This document shows positions 37,056-46,261 of a DNA stretch of 64,000 nt, one piece after another (within the stretch, counting starts at the first letter, position 1; every line of letters starts with the position of its first letter). Under the pieces are notes generated by a model, which did no database searches, was not told the DNA's origin, and was given only the letters and a program-made list of their open reading frames with translations. The DNA is from an archaeon. GTDB taxonomy: Archaea > Thermoproteota > Nitrososphaeria > Conexivisphaerales > UBA164. The DNA lies in NCBI GenBank assembly GCA_021792955.1, contig JAJYTP010000001.1, positions 3,044-67,043 on the forward strand, written 5' to 3'. Both the position numbers and the translations under genes were made by a program.

Positions 37056-38750
37056 TCATATTAAAAGTAGCGACATTAGAAAGTATAAAACCATTATTCC
37101 TATAATTGCATCGAAATAGCGCATACCCTTCCTTTCTGCCTTCTTCAGGTTATCAAGCGGATCTTGGCCCATTAGTTTTATATTGCCCTCCCAGACGAGC
37201 AGGGAGATTTCCACCCTTTTCATGACACCCTCAGAGACCCGTTTTAGGTGATCTATGATGTTTTGAGCCGGGGTTATATCTCCTAGCGCCCAGTAGCCTT
37301 TGCCATTGAGCGCATGAGATGCATTAAAATGGGTATCGGTAGTTACAGCCCACGAATTGTCCCCAAGAGCCTCGCGGACCCTCTGCGCTACGCCCGGCAC
37401 GATGTTGTTAGAATCAAATATTAATAGATCAAGGCTGGTTTTTTCATCTACCATATGCAGTTTTTTGATACCAAGCCTGCCGATCTCTAGAGGGAATGGA
37501 TTGCCAAGGCTTTGGGCGCTTAAGGAAATATTACATTGGGCCGTGTTATCGCTGACTATACGCTTCACCTGACCTTCTATCTCTTCGGTGATGACTTGGT
37601 AATTTCCGGTGGCCAGATTGTTGTGCCCATCAGCCAGAAGGAGCGCCTTACCGGTCTCCTCTTCCATCTTGTATACTCTATCAAGATAGTTTGGGGGGAA
37701 GTCATCGCTAGGCCTCTTTGGCGATATTATTATGAGAGAAGCCTTATCCGATGAAAGGCCGCTATAAAAGTAGTTAACGCTCTCCGAGTTGACAAGATGT
37801 GCGTTGGACAGTTTTATCACGGTGGGCTTTGTATACTTTAATGAACTCAAATACTCAGCCATCGATTTACGTGATGGCGCATTAGAATCATGGTTGGTCG
37901 TTGAGTGAAGTACTATACAATCGTTAAAGCCCATCCCCGTGAATACCCTATTTATCTCCTCCGGTAGATTATAGCTTCCAACCCCCTTGAAGGGGCCAGG
38001 GTGCATGGGCGGCACGACCACGCAAGCCCTATCGGTTCCATCGGAGAAGGTCAGCGCATAGGTCCTGACCTTTTTTTCCTTGGATCTGGAGTCAAAATAT
38101 TCCTCTAAGGATGTGGTTGAACCTGATAGCCACGCATCCAGCGCAGCTCGCAGGAGCAACGTTGTCCTTATCCCCAATTCCTTTGTGCCCATTCCATCCA
38201 ACCGGTTTATTGTATAAATCAAGATAATGAAGAAGCCAACAAATAATAGGATGGTGACATAGCTCGTATCGAGGATAATCGGTCTGACTACAGGTAATAC
38301 CGCTATCAGGAAGAAGAACAACGTAAACGCTGTAGATTTAGGTATATTGTCTACAAACTCGCCATTCAGAACAAAAAAGGAAAAGAGAAAGAGAACACCC
38401 AAAAATCCTTCAAATATGTTTACGCCCAGAAGGTCTCTCACAAGAACGGACACTAACATTGAAATGATCCCTATGATCATGATAACCGAAAGCATAGCGA
38501 ATAGGCGCCTGACTGTAACATATGATATCGTCCGGTTAGTTGAATACTTGACGCCAAGGCCAAAGGCCGCAAGTAGTAGCAGCTGTAACAGAAAGAATGG
38601 CGCATTGAATCCAACGCCATAATAGTAGAGGAGCCCTCCCTCAAACACCGAGAATATCGCTGCAGTCAAGATAAAGGATATTATCCTTGACCTGGGAAAT
38701 CTGAGAAATATACTTACCTTTCCGTTAAGGGTCTCATTGGCATTGAGCAT
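37056..38750 (-). CDS. Archaeal integral membrane protein, DUF2070-like
   Basis: The N-terminal 200 aa or so are multi-TM, followed by a large soluble domain. The size and architecture fit DUF2070, but this was not verified. Confidence 0.45.
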   Translation of the reverse strand: MLNANETLNGKVSIFLRFPRSRIISFILTAAIFSVFEGGLLYYYGVGFNAPFFLLQLLLLAAFGLGVKYSTNRTISYVTVRRLFAMLSVIMIIGIISMLVSVLVRDLLGVNIFEGFLGVLFLFSFFVLNGEFVDNIPKSTAFTLFFFLIAVLPVVRPIILDTSYVTILLFVGFFIILIYTINRLDGMGTKELGIRTTLLLRAALDAWLSGSTTSLEEYFDSRSKEKKVRTYALTFSDGTDRACVVVPPMHPGPFKGVGSYNLPEEINRVFTGMGFNDCIVLHSTTNHDSNAPSRKSMAEYLSSLKYTKPTVIKLSNAHLVNSESVNYFYSGLSSDKASLIIISPKRPSDDFPPNYLDRVYKMEEETGKALLLADGHNNLATGNYQVITEEIEGQVKRIVSDNTAQCNISLSAQSLGNPFPLEIGRLGIKKLHMVDEKTSLDLLIFDSNNIVPGVAQRVREALGDNSWAVTTDTHFNASHALNGKGYWALGDITPAQNIIDHLKRVSEGVMKRVEISLLVWEGNIKLMGQDPLDNLKKAERKGMRYFDAIIGIMVLYFLMSLLLI

Positions 38751-38769
38751 TTAATATTACCAACCAGTG

Positions 38770-38931
38770 CTATTTTATTATGGGCAAAATAACGGTCAAT
38801 GTTATGAACACTATGGTTGCTATAACAACTATTTCTGGTCTGAGCTTCAGCCCTGGCTCATCGGTTTCGTAAAACCGAAGCAGACCAGCACTCGACGCCG
38901 GTAGCGCCGACGCCTTCTTTTTGGAACTCAT
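38770..38931 (-). CDS. secG: Preprotein translocase subunit Sec61-beta (53 aa, not in the ORF track)
   Basis: Hand translation gives MSSKKKASALPASSAGLLRFYETDEPGLKLRPEIVVIATIVFITLTVILPIIK*. It has the SAGLxRFY motif and a C-terminal TM segment. Confidence 0.8.
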   Translation of the reverse strand: MSSKKKASALPASSAGLLRFYETDEPGLKLRPEIVVIATIVFITLTVILPIIK

Positions 38932-39092
38932 AACACCCGATAATTAGCTAGCATATTTAAATTAATCGATAAGTCTGCCGTTCCTCCGCCGGACGCCCTT
39001 TAAGGTTCAGTCGTGTAATAGTTGAAGCTGGAGGCAAAAGATGAGCACCAGGTCAACAATGTTATCATATAAATATTTATAAACACGCCTCC

Positions 39093-40235
39093 ATGGTCTT
39101 TAAATCGATGCTAAATCCACTCTCACTGTTCGGTTTCTTTACGCCTACGGGCTCTACGGAGTATACCATATACTTGATTATAGTGTGGATACCGTTCTTG
39201 CTATTCATAGTATATGGCCAGAAGCTACAGGGATGGGCAATACAGGGGGATGTGGTGCGTGGTCTGGCTCGCTTAAAGGCGGATTCCGATAGATCGAAGG
39301 CCGCGTTTACAAGTTTTCTTCAAAAAATGGGAGTGGCCCTGGATGGCCAGAATAGGGTTAATGAAATGGTTGAAATGGCCACGATCATGCCGGTGAACCT
39401 GGACCCGGTTGGGGTTGTAAGCAAGATGGACCATATAATGTCCACCCAGAACGAACAGATAAAGAGGGACATAAAGAACATAATGTCAAGCGCATCAGAT
39501 TTGAATAGAAGCGTCGCATCCAACATGCTGGAGATCGTTTCGTCCATAAATCTGGTGTACAAGATAGTACGGCACTATATGCTCATAAGCAAAAAATCTT
39601 CAAACAACATCTACCTTCTGGCCCAACTGCAGATGATATTACCCATCATCCTTAGGCAGACTGAAGCGCTGCTGGGTGCGATGGGCGCTCTGGAGCATGG
39701 ACAACCCATAGGTGATGGTGCCGGTCCTCTGGTGACTTCACAACTGTTGATGGGCGTCCAAAAGGTTGACTTTGACGATGAAACGGTATATGGTGAAATG
39801 GATTATAATAACAGGAGGATCGCCATAATAAAGGCGAAGGGCCCGACGGCCTTCGTGGGGCACGTAGACGACGCCCTTATCAAACTGCTTAAGGGCCCAT
39901 ATTCAGATTCTTCCGCTATAATCATGATAGACGCCGCCCTCAAGCTTGAAGGAGAGGACACAGGCAGCGTTGCACAGGGAATAGGCGCCGCAATAGGTGG
40001 AATGGGGGTAGAAAGGTTCAAAATAGAAGAGATATCCACCGCAAACAATATACCTGTCTACGCCGTAATTGTCAAGGAATCCCTTATAGAGGCTATATCC
40101 ATAATGAGGAAGGAGATAACCGATTCCATGGATGAAACAAGGTCGACCATATTAAAGCTGGTCGAGGAAGTCATTCCCGAACACGGGAAGGGGATCATAA
40201 TAGGTGTTGGGAATACGTTAGGCATAGCCCAGTGA
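39093..40235 (+). CDS. Archaeal membrane-anchored protein, DUF1512-like
   Basis: It has one N-terminal TM segment and a soluble domain of about 350 aa. The TATA-like aaatatttataaa lies just upstream. The family assignment is from memory only. Confidence 0.4.
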   Translation: MVFKSMLNPLSLFGFFTPTGSTEYTIYLIIVWIPFLLFIVYGQKLQGWAIQGDVVRGLARLKADSDRSKAAFTSFLQKMGVALDGQNRVNEMVEMATIMPVNLDPVGVVSKMDHIMSTQNEQIKRDIKNIMSSASDLNRSVASNMLEIVSSINLVYKIVRHYMLISKKSSNNIYLLAQLQMILPIILRQTEALLGAMGALEHGQPIGDGAGPLVTSQLLMGVQKVDFDDETVYGEMDYNNRRIAIIKAKGPTAFVGHVDDALIKLLKGPYSDSSAIIMIDAALKLEGEDTGSVAQGIGAAIGGMGVERFKIEEISTANNIPVYAVIVKESLIEAISIMRKEITDSMDETRSTILKLVEEVIPEHGKGIIIGVGNTLGIAQ

Positions 40236-40241
40236 TGGAAT

Positions 40242-40427
40242 ATGGCGAATCCAAAGAACAGCAAGCTAGACAGGGTTTACACGGTTGAGGAATGTGCGAT
40301 ATGCGGATATAAACTGAAGCGGGATTTCAAGGACGGGGATTACGTCCTCAAGGAATCTGGCGTCTGTCCAAAGTGCAATAAGGCTATGGTTATCAAGTAC
40401 ATATTTGCGGAGTCCCCTCCCAAGTAA
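40242..40427 (+). CDS. Small zinc-ribbon protein
   Basis: CAICGYK...CPKCNK in 61 aa. Confidence 0.5.
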   Translation: MANPKNSKLDRVYTVEECAICGYKLKRDFKDGDYVLKESGVCPKCNKAMVIKYIFAESPPK

Positions 40428-40431
40428 AATC

Positions 40432-41325
40432 CTATCTTTCGCTGGTGACTACGGCGCCATCTTCGGTGATGAACACGGTATGTTCGAACTGTGAAACATA
40501 TCCTCCCTTGGCTTCCAATAGCGTTGGATATTCCATCAATGCGTTGATCCTTATTAGCTCTTGAAGTTTTTTAAGGACCCCTTCTCCGTGATCGCGCACC
40601 AGCCATCTTGAAGCAAATGGCAATCCCCTGTATTTCTTCCATATGTCATGAGTGAGTTCATCCAGTTCCTTCACCTTATTCCTTCGGGGATTTATTAGGC
40701 TCATTATATTGCTCCCATTTCCGTCTACGACAAACCCGGATTCATTTCGCTCTACCAGGAACGGCTCAATAGCATATGCAGTATTCGGTTTGAATTCATT
40801 CCTGATCGGCGTCCTGATCATGGGAATCGATTCGTTTGCATGCAATATGTACTGATCTAACCTATGGCCAGAAAGGTTTTCTATCATCCCAAAGCCCATT
40901 TCCCTGGCCCTGTCCTCTATTAGCCCGCCTAATTCACTGAATTTTAAGCCAGGCCGGAGAGTCCTCAATGCCTCTGACAGTATTTCGTTGTTTGACTTGA
41001 CAAGCCGGTCATATTTACTGTTAAAGGAAATGGTAATGGCCGTGTCGGCGATAAATCCATCTAAGTGGGTCCCTATATCCACCTTTACCACGGAATTGTC
41101 CTTTATCTTCTTAGTGTCATTGTAGGAGGCAGTGTAGTGAGCAGCTTCATTATCCTGGGCTACGTTTACCGGAAATGATATTTGGACGCCCAGTTGCAGG
41201 ATCATGTCTTCAATTTTTTCGCAGAGGTCAAGCACAGGCATCCCTTCCTGTATTATTGAGGGGACCCTTTTAAGCACTTCAGCAGCCGATTTCCCAGCCT
41301 TAAGGTAACTTTCAAATTCGCTCAT
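40432..41325 (-). CDS. map: Methionine aminopeptidase, type 2
   Basis: It carries AHYTA and DIGTHLDGFIADTA (metal ligands), HTVFITEDG, and the length typical of archaeal MetAP. Confidence 0.9.
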   Translation of the reverse strand: MSEFESYLKAGKSAAEVLKRVPSIIQEGMPVLDLCEKIEDMILQLGVQISFPVNVAQDNEAAHYTASYNDTKKIKDNSVVKVDIGTHLDGFIADTAITISFNSKYDRLVKSNNEILSEALRTLRPGLKFSELGGLIEDRAREMGFGMIENLSGHRLDQYILHANESIPMIRTPIRNEFKPNTAYAIEPFLVERNESGFVVDGNGSNIMSLINPRRNKVKELDELTHDIWKKYRGLPFASRWLVRDHGEGVLKKLQELIRINALMEYPTLLEAKGGYVSQFEHTVFITEDGAVVTSER

Positions 41326-41432
41326 ATTTTAGATGCTATCTAGGGCCCCTATTAAATGTTCATGGCTGACAGGCCACCTGCGGTATGGTAATGTTCATTT
41401 CCCTGGCCTGGCTTCTTTAGCCCTCATTTCTC

Positions 41433-42464
41433 CTAGGGGCTAACCATTGGGCTCAACCCGGCTACAATTCCGATAAGCGTATCGGTGCCTGATGTGGCGC
41501 CGAATTGAGTCATCATGTTAAGCGCCGATGCGCGCATCCCTGGTATGTCCCCATCAGCTATAGAATTCATTATATCGGTTATCAATTTGCTAAACTGTCC
41601 TCTGGATGCCCAGTACAGTAATTCTTCACTGAGCAGGGTAGTGCGGCCGCAAAAGAGGGGGAACTCACTTCGAAAGGCATCAAGGTATATGTCCGTTGCA
41701 TCAGATGCGCTATTTAAAAACGTCCGTGCAGCCAGAAACCCCATTAACACATCATCCCCTGAAGGGGTTAGACCAGGCCCAAGGCCAATTAACCCTACTA
41801 TTCCATCAAATATAGAAGATGCTTGACAGCGCATCAGTTTTCTAAGGGGTTCATAATAAGTTCTAACCGGTTTTGGGACGCTCTCCGGTGATGGATAATA
41901 ATCTTCTTTCATAATATAATCTATGACAGGGCCAGCTCCTTCCATCCTCCCATTTTCCTTGATGAGCGTTTTCAGGGCGTGAACCGAAGGTATCAACTTG
42001 AGTGCATCGACATATCCGTGCAATGGCTCAGAAACCCAAAGGTTAGACTCGTCATAGCTTACGAAGATTTTCTGGGCTATAACTAGATCGTCATTCGATA
42101 TCAACACTTTATCACCAAAATTGGTCAGGCGCTTAAAATCTACTTCAAGGTCGGTTACAATGGTTATCGGGTTCGGTTGTATCCTTGCTGAAGCAATTCC
42201 AATTAGGAAGCCAAAGGCCTTGACATTTACCACATCTCGGAACGCCGCAAACACCCTCCCCTCAACAGGTTCCACCATTAGGTCTCTGAGCCAGAACGGT
42301 ACGTGAACCCCGTGCCCGTGTACTGCAAAACCATTGCTCTTGGCCCCTTGATATCCCTGCAATATTGGGAGTAAATGGAAGCTGGCGATATAAATATTGG
42401 CCATGGTCCAGCGCTCAAAGTTATTTAAAGCAACATATGACATCCTTAAATGGCTGAAGCGCAT
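41433..42464 (-). CDS. Hypothetical protein with a GLGPGLTPSGDD motif (DUF2877/AllH-like?)
   Basis: LIGLGPGLTPSGDDVLMGFLAA and GATSGTDTLIGI resemble DUF2877. The start may instead be the internal Met at 42404. Confidence 0.35.
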   Translation of the reverse strand: MRFSHLRMSYVALNNFERWTMANIYIASFHLLPILQGYQGAKSNGFAVHGHGVHVPFWLRDLMVEPVEGRVFAAFRDVVNVKAFGFLIGIASARIQPNPITIVTDLEVDFKRLTNFGDKVLISNDDLVIAQKIFVSYDESNLWVSEPLHGYVDALKLIPSVHALKTLIKENGRMEGAGPVIDYIMKEDYYPSPESVPKPVRTYYEPLRKLMRCQASSIFDGIVGLIGLGPGLTPSGDDVLMGFLAARTFLNSASDATDIYLDAFRSEFPLFCGRTTLLSEELLYWASRGQFSKLITDIMNSIADGDIPGMRASALNMMTQFGATSGTDTLIGIVAGLSPMVSP

Positions 42465-42608
42465 GGGAGGATGTCACTTTTACAAATGGCATCCCAAGGC
42501 TTTAATAGTTGTAAGAGGGAGGCCCGTATGCCCCTCTGCGCTAAGGCTTCATAGTTTTACCGTTACCCCCAACATATTTATAAGGAAATAAAATCAAAGC
42601 GGAACAAA

Positions 42609-43190
42609 TTGATCAACGATAAGCTGACAGGCAATTTGCTGGTGCTTGAACTAGCTACCATGGTGATTGCCATAGCTTTAGCCTTTAACGCAGAAAGCCT
42701 GGTAGCTTCAGACCTAGTGAGCATAATCAGGTTTATCGTGATAACAGCCCTGGTAGTCTGGTTCTGGTGGATCTATGTCGCCGATAGGCTCGAATTTCCG
42801 CCCAAGACCATGGCATTTCCACTTATAGATGTGCTGATCCTGATCCTTATAGCTATCATCCCAGTGATAATAAGGCAGGGAATAACTGCAATTTCGGTCT
42901 TCTTCGCTGTGTTGCTGCTGCTATGGGGCAGGCTGATAAAGCATATGATATTTGAATATAACGAATCGATCAGTGATAAGCGCAGGAGAGATCTACGAAG
43001 GGAGGAGTTGCTGAGATACGCGTTTGGAACTCTATTAGTGGTAAACGCCATAGTAGGGATCATAAGCCCACCTGCTGGTGAGTTTATCTTCTACACGCTT
43101 ATAGTTGTGCTCCTGCTGCTGTATATACTGACTAGGTTTAGTAGGCTACCATTATCTCATATAAGGCAAAACAGAGATGCAAACGTTTAA
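42609..43190 (+). CDS. Hypothetical integral membrane protein (TTG start)
   Basis: It has five or six hydrophobic helices. No motif was recognised. Confidence 0.4.
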   Translation: MINDKLTGNLLVLELATMVIAIALAFNAESLVASDLVSIIRFIVITALVVWFWWIYVADRLEFPPKTMAFPLIDVLILILIAIIPVIIRQGITAISVFFAVLLLLWGRLIKHMIFEYNESISDKRRRDLRREELLRYAFGTLLVVNAIVGIISPPAGEFIFYTLIVVLLLLYILTRFSRLPLSHIRQNRDANV

Positions 43191-43228
43191 AATATAACAC
43201 AGAAGTAGTTTTAACACGGAAAGATCTT

Positions 43229-43304
43229 GATCCCGTAGCTCAGCATGGATTAGAGCGCTGGCCCTCTAAGCCGGAGGTCGTGGGTTCGAATCCCACCGGG
43301 ATCG
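43229..43304 (+). tRNA. tRNA-Arg (anticodon TCT by canonical numbering)
   Basis: The acceptor stem is gatcccg/cgggatc, the D arm gctc/gagc, the anticodon arm ctggc-CCTCTAA-gccgg, and the T arm gtggg-ttcgaat-cccac. Position 33 reads C in my fold. Confidence 0.75.
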
Positions 43305-43533
43305 CGTCTATAACATCTATATACTGGATTCGAACATTTAATGGTGTAAAAATTATCTATCAGTGGGAGGTTTGTAGAGTCAAGTTTCGAGAGTTATATA
43401 TAGGCGTATGTACGTTATTCTTATGTTTCTCATAAAGGGGGATTGGCGCGCATCTCTGTTGGCACGTCTACTCACTCAAACATGATCGTCTAAACGCTCA
43501 AAAGCGCATTTCCATCTCCGCGCATTCCCCCAT

Positions 43534-44469
43534 CTAATGTAACTTAAGCAAAATTTCAAAACCGCTGTGTATCCTTTTTACGGCTGTTCCGTACCTTTCA
43601 ATGAAAGAGTTTACCACCCTCTCACCTGTGCAGTGACCGAGATATAGCTTAGTTCCTTCAAGTGAATTTATTGTAAAATCCACCCTTCCCTTGTTGGCAT
43701 TGATCAAGTGCAGGCCACCTAGGATGTATTTCACCTTTTTTCCCAGCAGCTTTTCAGCATAATCCCTTATATTAACAATGCCTGCATGCGAACAGCCGGA
43801 TATAAGGAATAATGAATCACCCAGATCTATATAGAGGGAGGTATCATCCATCATGGGGTCTTGAACCACCTTTCCATTATCTATGGTATACAGGTCTTCT
43901 ACATTTTCAAATTTGTTCACCCTAGGTATTTCTCCTGATGTCCACACGCCGGGAAATATTTCCATGGGGTCCTTTGTAAAAACAAAGTTATTCTTATTTT
44001 TTAGGTCCTTGATATCTTCCTTGGGTATTCCAACATAGGAATAGGGCAGAGTAAAATTCTCCTTGAATATAGTAGGATGTGCAAATACGGGCGCATTTAT
44101 TATATTCAGGAGCTCCAGTAGGCCTCCACCGTGATCGTAATGACCATGGGAAATCGTCACGGCATCTATTTTTTTAATGTCAATGTTAAAAAGTGATGTA
44201 TTGTAACTTATTACATTATACGAAGAACCCGTATCAAAAAGGAGGTTCTTTTCATCGCCCTTATACTTAATTTTAATATAATATGAAACACCGTGCTGCG
44301 CAAGAGCCAGCGTGTGAAATTGTGCTAGATCATCGCAGAGCACCCTAATGTTCAATTCCTTAATCATGGAAAGATCGGTTCTATTCAATTGCTTGTTAAT
44401 CATGTTATGAACACCATTGATTAGCTGATCCATGAATATAAATATTATAGAGCACCTCATAGATGTCAT
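43534..44469 (-). CDS. Metallo-beta-lactamase-fold protein (COG1237-like)
   Basis: It carries ISHGHYDHGGG (the HxHxDH motif) and a downstream SGCSHAG. The N-terminal start is uncertain. Confidence 0.7.
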   Translation of the reverse strand: MTSMRCSIIFIFMDQLINGVHNMINKQLNRTDLSMIKELNIRVLCDDLAQFHTLALAQHGVSYYIKIKYKGDEKNLLFDTGSSYNVISYNTSLFNIDIKKIDAVTISHGHYDHGGGLLELLNIINAPVFAHPTIFKENFTLPYSYVGIPKEDIKDLKNKNNFVFTKDPMEIFPGVWTSGEIPRVNKFENVEDLYTIDNGKVVQDPMMDDTSLYIDLGDSLFLISGCSHAGIVNIRDYAEKLLGKKVKYILGGLHLINANKGRVDFTINSLEGTKLYLGHCTGERVVNSFIERYGTAVKRIHSGFEILLKLH

Positions 44470-44589
44470 TTCTAATGTACCTGATCAATACTATGTACAT
44501 GCATTCTCCACCCTTACATGCATGAATGAGCCCCTTGTGCTTGCACCTATTTGAAACTTCCCAGCCTTTCTATCATCTCAGATATGTAC

Positions 44590-44747
44590 GGAACGTTCCT
44601 TCCCTGAACGGCAAGTTTTGCAAGCTTGGCGATCAATATTGAGTTTTTCCTTATGAACTCAGTAGTATCTACATAATTACTGATAACGCCATATTTTACC
44701 AGCAAGAACGGCAGGTACGTTCCTCATCGTTCCTGATGGTTCCTAAT
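44590..44747 (+). promoter_or_regulatory. CGTTCC-core motif cluster: one perfect 10-bp palindrome plus three phased 10-bp tandem repeats upstream of the surface-protein gene
   Basis: The palindrome ggaacgttcc is at 44590-44599. The tandem repeats are cgttcctcat, cgttcctgat and ggttcctaat at 44718-44747. They end 39 nt before the ATG at 44786. Confidence 0.45.
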
Positions 44748-44785
44748 CGCCCCTTATTACAGTCATGATATAAGGGATATCTGAT

Positions 44786-46171
44786 ATGACAAGCAAAAAA
44801 ATTCTGACTGCAGCAATCATAATGGCAATAGTAATAGTAGGTGGCATGGCTTGGTACGGGTTATCCTATCCAGCTGCCAATGCGCAGAAGGAAACATACT
44901 ATATCCAGCTAACGGATCCACCAACGGTTCCAACGGGGACCAGCGCGCTGACGCTCAACTACAGCGCAATAGCCCTGCATGTTGAAGGAACCGGGTGGAT
45001 TAACATCAACGCTTCGGGCAGCCTGAACCTCATGGCACTACTGAACGTAAGTGAACTGATAGGAATGGCGCAGGTACCCAACGGGTCCGTAATAAATCAG
45101 GTAAGATTCGTCATCAACTCCTCGAGCATAACGGTGAACGGCACTACATACAACGTGGTTCTGGCTAACAAGATGCTGGAGGTCCCGGTGTTGGGTGCGA
45201 GCAAGGCGTCTACAGCCGCTATCCTGCAACTCTCCCCCGTAGTAGTGCAGACGTTCGTGGGTACCACCCCCGTCTTCTTCATGGTGCCTTCGGCCACGGC
45301 AGTTACAGTACAGAATGGCATTAACCAGAACACGAAGGTCGCCTTAGGAGACATGTACAACATCAGCAATAGAACGAGGTATGACCTCGAGAATGCACAG
45401 GGCAATGTATCTGTAGTGGCTGCAAGCCTTACATCATCTGGAAACAGAACCCTCCTTAGCCTGACGCTTAAGAACAACGGAAACACATCCATATCGCTCG
45501 AGTCGGTGGCCCTTAACGGCTGGTTTACCCTAACGGTTCCACCAGTAGTCGTATCAGGGCGGACGTTCAATGGAACCATATTGGTTGAGAACGCATCCAT
45601 TCGCACCGATGCCTTGTTCTTGGTTAACAACACCAACCTAGTCCCAATAGCCACAATGTTACCTCATGAATTCAGGCCGATGGGGATAATAGCTTCAGGC
45701 GATGGACGGTTCAACTTCATCAATAAATTCAGCATAGGGCAGGGCCTATCAGGCGGATTTAATACAGAATCATTCATTCAGGGCAATGAGAACGGGAAGG
45801 GAAACGGAAACGACCAAGGCAATATGAATGGCCAAAATAACAGGAATATGGGAATAGGCAATTCGGTGGTAGCCCTAGACCAAAACGGGGGTGGCGACAC
45901 AGGCGGTGAACAATTCCAGTTCGGAGTTGAGCCTGCGAACGTGTCGTTCAACTCAGGCTATATAATAAAGGCTAACCAGATAGCTACCTTTACATTCAAT
46001 GGCACACTTACATTCCTTACACCAGGGCCAATAGGAGCAGGTTTCAATGACAACATACCCATTACGCTGATGAGTTCGGCCTACTTGACGCCAATAAGCG
46101 GGTTCAACTACACACTGCTTGCTGCACTAACTCAACGTACAAAGGTGGTCACAACTGTGACCGCCGCCTAA
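44786..46171 (+). CDS. Secreted or membrane-anchored surface protein (DUF4382-like N-domain, Asn/Gly-rich low-complexity segment, many N-x-S/T sequons)
   Basis: The N-terminal anchor is ILTAAIIMAIVIVGGMAW. YYIQLTDPP...LNYSAIALHV resembles DUF4382. The low-complexity segment reads GNENGKGNGNDQGNMNGQNNRN. Confidence 0.55.
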   Translation: MTSKKILTAAIIMAIVIVGGMAWYGLSYPAANAQKETYYIQLTDPPTVPTGTSALTLNYSAIALHVEGTGWININASGSLNLMALLNVSELIGMAQVPNGSVINQVRFVINSSSITVNGTTYNVVLANKMLEVPVLGASKASTAAILQLSPVVVQTFVGTTPVFFMVPSATAVTVQNGINQNTKVALGDMYNISNRTRYDLENAQGNVSVVAASLTSSGNRTLLSLTLKNNGNTSISLESVALNGWFTLTVPPVVVSGRTFNGTILVENASIRTDALFLVNNTNLVPIATMLPHEFRPMGIIASGDGRFNFINKFSIGQGLSGGFNTESFIQGNENGKGNGNDQGNMNGQNNRNMGIGNSVVALDQNGGGDTGGEQFQFGVEPANVSFNSGYIIKANQIATFTFNGTLTFLTPGPIGAGFNDNIPITLMSSAYLTPISGFNYTLLAALTQRTKVVTTVTAA

Positions 46172-46200
46172 ATTTTTTCTTTTTTTATATATATATATTT
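46172..46200. terminator. Oligo-T/AT-rich intergenic terminator region between convergent genes
   Basis: aaattttttctttttttatatatatatat lies immediately after the stop at 46171. Archaeal termination typically uses T-tracts. Confidence 0.4.
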
Positions 46201-46261
46201 ATTTATTATACTAAAATTTTATTTTGTATTATTCGCTAATAAAATTACATTTGATATCAGG

